Assembly (NCBI GenBank): GCA_964016885.1
Contig: OZ024743.1
Span: forward strand, 362,700,001 to 362,764,000
DNA: 64,000 nt
Reading direction: 5' to 3'
DNA from: Eledone cirrhosa
Lineage: Eukaryota
In this document: piece after piece, positions 56,848 through 64,000 of the stretch
Layout of the letters: every line of letters starts with the position of its first letter
Numbering within the stretch: position 1 is the first letter of the stretch
Notes under the pieces: generated by a model
The model's database searches: none
Seen by the model: the letters and a program-made list of their open reading frames with translations, nothing else
Told to the model about the DNA's origin: nothing
Made by a program: the position numbers and the translations under genes

Positions 56848-59016
56848 CTACCCCCCCCCCCCCCCCACTCGGGTCATTATGGGGTTTGAGGGCGAGGTAA
56901 GTCCTACGCAATCTGTGTTTGCATGCGCAGTTACCAGTTCGTCTTTCTTGTTTAGGAGTTGGTCCGTCGAAAACAACATTTGTAAAATTTCCTTCGAGCA
57001 TAAATTGCACGGACGGCGTCCTCCCGTGTAAGAGTTGGCTCTGGACAGTAAGCTCCAAGTGAGATCATAGGTAATATTGTTATCCTTGAGGTCCCAGATG
57101 TGGCCCGAAAGTGTGGTGGCGTGACGCCGGGCCGGGTTCCAGAAGGTATGTCTGTTTTGGTATAGCCGGGTCTTGAAGTCACATGCGGTTAATCCTATAT
57201 AAGCTTTGTTGGAGGTGTCCGTCCTCACGTTGCACTGGTAGATCACATTACGATCTCTGCATCTGTTGTCGAGGGGGAAAATGGATCCATCAGGACAGTT
57301 GCACCTCCTGGTCGGCTCTCCACTTCTATTTAGGTTATTTCTTCCATAGGGATTGAGTTTTTTGTTGTTAGAGGAAACGATGTTTTGTGCAAAGTTAGGT
57401 GTGGTGCTGTAGGGGAGTTTGATGGTATTTTTGGTAATTATGTTGTGGTAGCGGTGTTGTAGTGGGAAGTGTTTTTCGATGAGCCTAAAGAAGATTTTCC
57501 CGATAGGAGTTGTCACCTCGGCGTTGTGGGGAGGATTGAACCATGTTACATTGCGTGAGCGGCGGTGTCGCCTGCTAGTTCCGCTAATGGAAGCTGGACA
57601 GTAGGATATTTCCTCCCGGAAACCACTCCGCTTGAAGGCCTGGTTGTAATAAGGCGCATGTTCCTCGAATATCTGCTTATTAGCGAACAAACGAGATATG
57701 CGGAGGGAGATGTTTTTAACCAGTTTATTAGTGATGTTCCTATGATGGTTTGACCGGCGGTGGATGTAATGCAGGTTGTCGTTGAGTTTCCTGTATGGGT
57801 AGTACAGATCATTATCGAGGTCAAGGGTAACGTCCAGGAACTTTACTCGGGTCAGGGACGTTTTTAGGGTTATTTTAAATCCCCAGTCGCGGAAGAAGCT
57901 GATTAATTGTTTACGGACCCGGTCTGTACTACTGGGGTTGTACCCTTTAAGGGTAAGGAGCCCATCATCACGGTACAATCCACCGCCGAATGCAGGAAAC
58001 ATATCGATGAGTTTAACTAGTAGGAATAATCCTATAAGATCTGTGACCTCAGCCGAATCCGTCGCGCCCATGCTGACGTCGAAGGGTGAGTCGGGAGCTC
58101 TCTTTATCCATTTGGAGTTGTCGAAGAGTAGGACTGTCTTCCTGGCGTGGAGGATAATGTTTCTTTCCTGGTCGGTGATGGGCGCAAGTGTTTCGGCAAA
58201 GTCTAAGGCAGCCGTAAGTACCGGTAAGGTGATTGAAGCATAGTAACTCTCTATGTCAAACTGGATGAATTTTGTGTCTCGTTTGTCCTCCATATTGCTG
58301 AACCATGAGATTACTTCCTGGGTGTTGATCCATAGGCTAAGTCTGACGTGTTGCTTAACTTTTGGTATAACGCGGTCTAGGATTTTTTTGCTGATTCTCC
58401 CTATGTCGGACTTCGTTGGGTTTATAAGCCTGACAGAAGGTTTACGGTCGAAATCGGATTTGTCGTCCTTCAGTGTGAAGTAGGGTGTCCGTGGGTCTAG
58501 GGGTTCCGTGCGGGTGGCGACCCCGAGGCTGGAGGTAATTTGTTGTCCATCTCGATTTATGTCCTCGATGCAGGAGTGGTTAGCCTTTTTATAGGTGGAG
58601 TTTAGGCTGCTCCTGATCAGTGTGTGGTATCTGTCGGGGTTGACGAAGTAGAGGTTACCAGTTTTATCCGAGTGCACCATGATGTCATTAGTGTTATCAT
58701 ACTCTGTTAAGTTGCTACGGAGTTTTTGTAGGAATCGGTTGTGTCTGGGTTTGAATTTAATGTTCTTGACAAGTTGGAAAAGGTCATTCTTGAAGGGTGA
58801 GAGCATAGGGTTCGGAGGGGGAGATTTGTAGGTATTAAATCCGAATCTCTCCTTGGTACCGAAGTCCTGATTGTCGCAATATATGTCGTAGAAAAAAGTT
58901 CTCCATCTAAGTCTTTTCGCAAAGAGGTTGATTTTTTGCGTGAGCATTCGAAGGTAAAGTTTTTTCGGTGGAACTGGGATGTTCTTGGTGGAGAAGTTGA
59001 TGTTGTGTTTTCGCAT
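56848..59016 (-). CDS. PLE reverse transcriptase + C-terminal GIY-YIG endonuclease (likely defective; Hydra-clade-like)
   Basis: ATG at 59016 (MRKHNINFSTKNIP); SDKTGN, FDIESYYASI, MGATDSAE, LYRDDGL, FLDVTL, WFNPP, CNC, VIY...YIG, CNLC; the upstream ORF-track extension lies in the inverted arm. Confidence 0.9.
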   Translation of the reverse strand: MRKHNINFSTKNIPVPPKKLYLRMLTQKINLFAKRLRWRTFFYDIYCDNQDFGTKERFGFNTYKSPPPNPMLSPFKNDLFQLVKNIKFKPRHNRFLQKLRSNLTEYDNTNDIMVHSDKTGNLYFVNPDRYHTLIRSSLNSTYKKANHSCIEDINRDGQQITSSLGVATRTEPLDPRTPYFTLKDDKSDFDRKPSVRLINPTKSDIGRISKKILDRVIPKVKQHVRLSLWINTQEVISWFSNMEDKRDTKFIQFDIESYYASITLPVLTAALDFAETLAPITDQERNIILHARKTVLLFDNSKWIKRAPDSPFDVSMGATDSAEVTDLIGLFLLVKLIDMFPAFGGGLYRDDGLLTLKGYNPSSTDRVRKQLISFFRDWGFKITLKTSLTRVKFLDVTLDLDNDLYYPYRKLNDNLHYIHRRSNHHRNITNKLVKNISLRISRLFANKQIFEEHAPYYNQAFKRSGFREEISYCPASISGTSRRHRRSRNVTWFNPPHNAEVTTPIGKIFFRLIEKHFPLQHRYHNIITKNTIKLPYSTTPNFAQNIVSSNNKKLNPYGRNNLNRSGEPTRRCNCPDGSIFPLDNRCRDRNVIYQCNVRTDTSNKAYIGLTACDFKTRLYQNRHTFWNPARRHATTLSGHIWDLKDNNITYDLTWSLLSRANSYTGGRRPCNLCSKEILQMLFSTDQLLNKKDELVTAHANTDCVGLTSPSNPIMTRVGGGGG

Positions 59017-60441
59017 GGTGCGGGTGAAAGCCACCACACTTTCGGGCCACATCTGGAACCTCAAGGATAACAATATTACCTATGATTTCACTTGGAGCTT
59101 ACTGTCCAGAGCCAACTCTTACACGGGAGGACGCCGTCCGTCCAATTTATGCTCGGAGGAAACTTTACAAATGCTGTTTTCGACGGACCAACTCCTAAAC
59201 AAGAAAGACGAACTGGTAACTGCGCATGCAAACACAGATTGCGTAGGACTTACCTCGCCCTCAAACCCCATAATGACCCGAGGGGGGGGGGGGTAGACAA
59301 GGGCTGTAACACCCTACTTGCCGACTTTGTATTGGGTAAGCCCTGCTTGCAAAGGTAGACGTAAGATCTTCTTTTATATCTTTTTATCGCTTCCTCTATT
59401 TTTCCTTCTTCCCCCATCCCTTCCTAGTCCTTCCACCCAGTCCTCTTTCTTTGTCGTCGTCCTTTTCACTTTCTCACCCACCCGAGGCAGCTCCTCGGTC
59501 CTTTGTAGCCTCAGTACCCCCACCCCTTCCCCTATTCTATGATAGAATTGGCCGACTCTGCTTTTTATAGCAGATGTGATAGACCCCAGATACTTGCTTT
59601 CTTATCCGATGGCTGCCCCTTTTCCGTGCTTTCTATATTTCTTAGTGGTATCTTTGCTTTAATTTCTCGTATATCAGTATTTACTTGGGGGGGGGGGGGG
59701 GTTCTGAATTAATTTTCCGTATCAAATTTTTCATATATTTCGTAGGAGCATTTATGTAGTTTGCACTAGAATTTTTGTATCGTAGCGGCACCTTTAGAGA
59801 TAGTATTAGTATTCTTTTTCGGGATTTTGAATTATTATTTCGTATTAGTTTACTTTTTGCACTGGGTAGTTGCTGGCCTTGTGCCTAGGGTAGAAACAAT
59901 TATTTCGTATTAGTCTCGGGACTCTGAATTATTATTTCGTGGTAGTTTCTTTAGTATTTTGGCCCCCCCACTCGTTGACCCGTCACCGTAAGATATACTC
60001 GGTTGATTACTACTACCTCTTAAAAGGGTCTCATTATAATTCCGTCCCACCTAGTAAACTTTTCTATAGTCTAGCAGTACCAGTGTGAGACTTGATGGCT
60101 GTCGTTAGGGAATAGTAACCAGAAATTGTGTTTTTTTTTTTAATATTTAATTGTTTTTTTTAACATTCTCGGTATTCTTCTATATATTTACCCATATTGT
60201 TTTACTTATTGTTTCGACTTCCTCCCCCTCCTCCTCCCTAGTATACTTCATTGACCTCCTGCCCTGCTGTAGTTGGCACTATCAACGCACGACTGGGTTT
60301 CCTCCACCCCCACTCCCTCTTTCTTCTACTGGCAGGTTCAGCTACCCCTTCCTTCCACAAATTGCCATGATAGAATTATGTGTCTCAACAACAAACTTTT
60401 GACCAATTCTTGTGACAATCACTTTTACCATATATGGAATT

Positions 60442-60537
60442 ACCCCCTGAGAAGCTCGGCTATTCATATACCAGGATAAACATTTTCATTTAGTCCAGAA
60501 TTAGCCGTCGAAACGGCTTGAGCTCAGCCGTCGGGGT
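60442..60537 (+). ncRNA. Hammerhead-like motif at PLE 3' end (mirror 55581-55676 on minus)
   Basis: acccc-CTGAGAA-g..cggcta...tagccg.c-GAAA-cggct..agccg-TC-ggggt; core deviates from CTGANGA. Confidence 0.6.
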
Positions 60538-60547
60538 CCTACTCGTT

Positions 60548-60588
<41 letters not shown>

Positions 60589-60637
60589 GATATGAATAAA
60601 TGTAAACTATATTTATAAAACCATATTTATTCTATTA

Positions 60638-61372
60638 CTAGCAGTGGTACCCGGCGTTGCACGGGATAAGATATTTTGGAACGTGGGCCGCCAACAGACC
60701 TAATCGTGGAAAAACTGCATGCCTGTACAATAGGTAAAGAAAATAAACCGAATACTCTGATGGCTGGATAATCTTTAAGATTTTCCTCGATGAAGCAGGA
60801 AAAATGCAAGTTTAAACCTAAGCCATAAAAAAGTTGGATTTTCTTTGCTCACGGTATGAAAAAGAGACTGACTCGTTACAATCTCAAGGAAATGAGTCTG
60901 ACGAAACGCCTAAAAAAAAAAAACCTAAAAAGCTTTAAAAGCGCAGTTTTTCATCTAATGCGGGCCCAAGGGGATCAAAAAGTTGAGTACACATGTAAAG
61001 TTTGAAAAAAATCGGTTGGGTACTTCTTGAGTTTTAGGGATTCAAACTCACAGACACACACTCACACACACACACACACACACACAGACAGACATCCTCA
61101 GGCAAGTGACGTAATGCAGACAGATATTGTAAGGGCGCGACGTTATATGTATGTATCTATCTAAAAATAGAAAGACTAAGAATGATAGAGAGAGATCGCT
61201 AAATCGCCTAATGCGGTCCCTAGGGCATTGAAAATTTCAAATTCTTTTCCATAAAACATAAGTATTGCATGTGTAAAGTTTGAAAACAGTCGGTTGGGTG
61301 CTTCTCGAGTTTTAGGGATTCAAACTCACACACACACAGACAGACATCCTCAGTTTTATATATATATATAGA
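60638..61372 (-). mobile_element. Non-autonomous Helitron-like element
   Basis: Minus strand starts TCtatatatataaaactgaggatgtctgtc, ends cccgtgcaacgccggg-taccactg-CTAG|T; internal duplication 60990-61100 / 61268-61352. Confidence 0.75.
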
Positions 61373-61477
61373 CTAGCAGAAAACCACTCGGTGGGCGGTT
61401 TTCTGCTAGCAAATCTAGTGTATATACTGATATTGTTGAGATTTGCTATTAGATAGTATAACCTACCTCGCCCTGGC

Positions 61478-61636
<159 letters not shown>

Positions 61637-61885
61637 ATAAATATTTATATATATATATATATTTTTATAAATATTATATATTTTTACCCATTCGTTATTA
61701 AGTGCTCTTTCGTAGTTACCTGAAATCTGAATATGTCGCAACATCCTGGACCTTGCCTACTTATCCTGCTTTTATATTACCTGCATATTATATCTTATAA
61801 TGCAACTTTTAAATTTCTATTTTTCTATTTCTCTATTCTTCTGAATTTTGGCTTGTTCTAGCCGTTGATATTTTTTGTCTTTTCC

Positions 61886-61930
61886 TTGCTCTGAAGAGAC
61901 CTAATTACTGGGACGAAACATTGTCAGCGA
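61886..61930 (+). ncRNA. Hammerhead ribozyme
   Basis: ttgct-CTGAAGA-gacc...ggac-GAAA-cattg-TC-agcga, in a TA-flanked segment 61680-62078. Confidence 0.65.
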
Positions 61931-62075
61931 ATAAGGATTTTTAATATATTAAAGGCTTCTTTGTTGATTTATATAATTTTTTCGGCTCTGTTTGATAACA
62001 TTGAGCTATCTCTTGTTCTGTCATTTCTCTAATGCGATGAGTGTGTTTGAGTCTAATGCACTCAAGTGTTTTTAT

Positions 62076-62134
<59 letters not shown>

Positions 62135-62179
62135 TGACGAAAACATAAGTCAATTGCATGAACTCATAATCCTTTATTT

Positions 62180-62235
62180 ACTGCTATATATATTTCGATG
62201 ATAGCCATTGAATGGCTATGGCCTCATCAGGCAGT
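62180..62235 (-). ncRNA. Hammerhead ribozyme (degenerate copy at 63906-63961)
   Basis: actgc-CTGATGA-ggccatagcca ttcaa tggctatcatc-GAAA-tatata-TA-gcagt. Confidence 0.7.
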
Positions 62236-62484
62236 TAGTCAGTTCTTAGATATGCCACCTCTGTGTTTATAGTGTTGATGGTATCGGAGCCTTAGGACAT
62301 ATAAGCTTGTTAGGAATAACTTAATGTTGTCAGCAGGAATAGTCTTAATTCTCATTGGTCAGTTTGTAGGTGCTAGTAGGGTTAGTATTTGATCTCAAAG
62401 AGGCAGGTGGTGTTGTAAACCGTCAGGCAAGATGACAATAGTTCCATATGAATGATTTTCATATGTATATATATATATATATGC

Positions 62485-62565
<81 letters not shown>

Positions 62566-62571
62566 TATATA

Positions 62572-63488
<917 letters not shown>

Positions 63489-63489
63489 A

Positions 63490-63644
63490 TGGACACACTA
63501 GAAGAGGAAGACCAAGGTTAACATATTTTGATGCCCTAAGGACAGACACTGGTCTGTTGGAGATGCAGGATATGGCAGCGATAATGAGGGACAGAGACCG
63601 CTGGAGAGAACTCGTCCATGGATCTCGGGAATTTTACCCGCCTT

Positions 63645-63647
<3 letters not shown>
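63490..63647 (+). mobile_element. RTE-like LINE 3' end
   Basis: Same family as 15000-15170; ends ccgccttag then (TA)n. Confidence 0.8.
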
Positions 63648-63697
<50 letters not shown>

Positions 63698-63746
63698 TGT
63701 ATATATACATATATATATATATGCATATATATATATATATATATGC

Positions 63747-63782
<36 letters not shown>

Positions 63783-63784
63783 GC

Positions 63785-63816
<32 letters not shown>

Positions 63817-64000
63817 GCATATATATATACACACACACATATATATATATATATATATTGTGACGAAAACGTAAGTCAATTGCATGAACTCATAATCCTT
63901 TATTTACTGCTATATATATTTCGATGATAGCCATTGAATGACTATGACCTCATAGGGAATTAGTCAGTTCTTAGATATACCAGCTCTGTGTTTATAGCGT

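Noticed and set aside
56848-59016. Naiad-type selenoprotein PLE
   Set aside because: Endonuclease is C-terminal and there are no in-frame TGA codons in the ORF
59017-59073. N-terminal extension of the 741-aa ORF
   Set aside because: Mostly lies in the inverted arm beyond the 59029/59030 junction

Overview
Eukaryotic, AT-rich, microsatellite-laden animal DNA; the SINE and repeat content suggests an Octopus-like cephalopod (inference). The only host gene I can support is the 3' end of a fibrillar collagen (last two COLFI exons, 76-273 and 1120-1266). The other ~62 kb is intergenic transposon sequence: tRNA-derived SINEs, RTE, L1/Tx1-like and CRE-like LINE remnants, Helitron-like elements, and several Penelope-like elements (PLEs), including a near full-length RT + GIY-YIG copy with 1.5 kb inverted arms. 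Two things stand out. (1) About 20 hammerhead-ribozyme (HHR) motifs from at least 11 unrelated families sit mostly in short non-coding elements inserted in (TA)n tracts with an inverted or partial-tandem architecture; two have ~465-nt ORF-less monomers (retrozyme-like PLE parasites). (2) A 5.2 kb hAT-type MITE with an 8-bp TSD has expanded internally into a CRISPR-looking array of ~47 hairpin repeats with variable (GT)n spacers and a 2189-bp higher-order period; an unexpanded ~270-bp copy of the same MITE lies at 50412-50679. All motif calls and pairings were made by eye, and coordinates of degraded elements are approximate.
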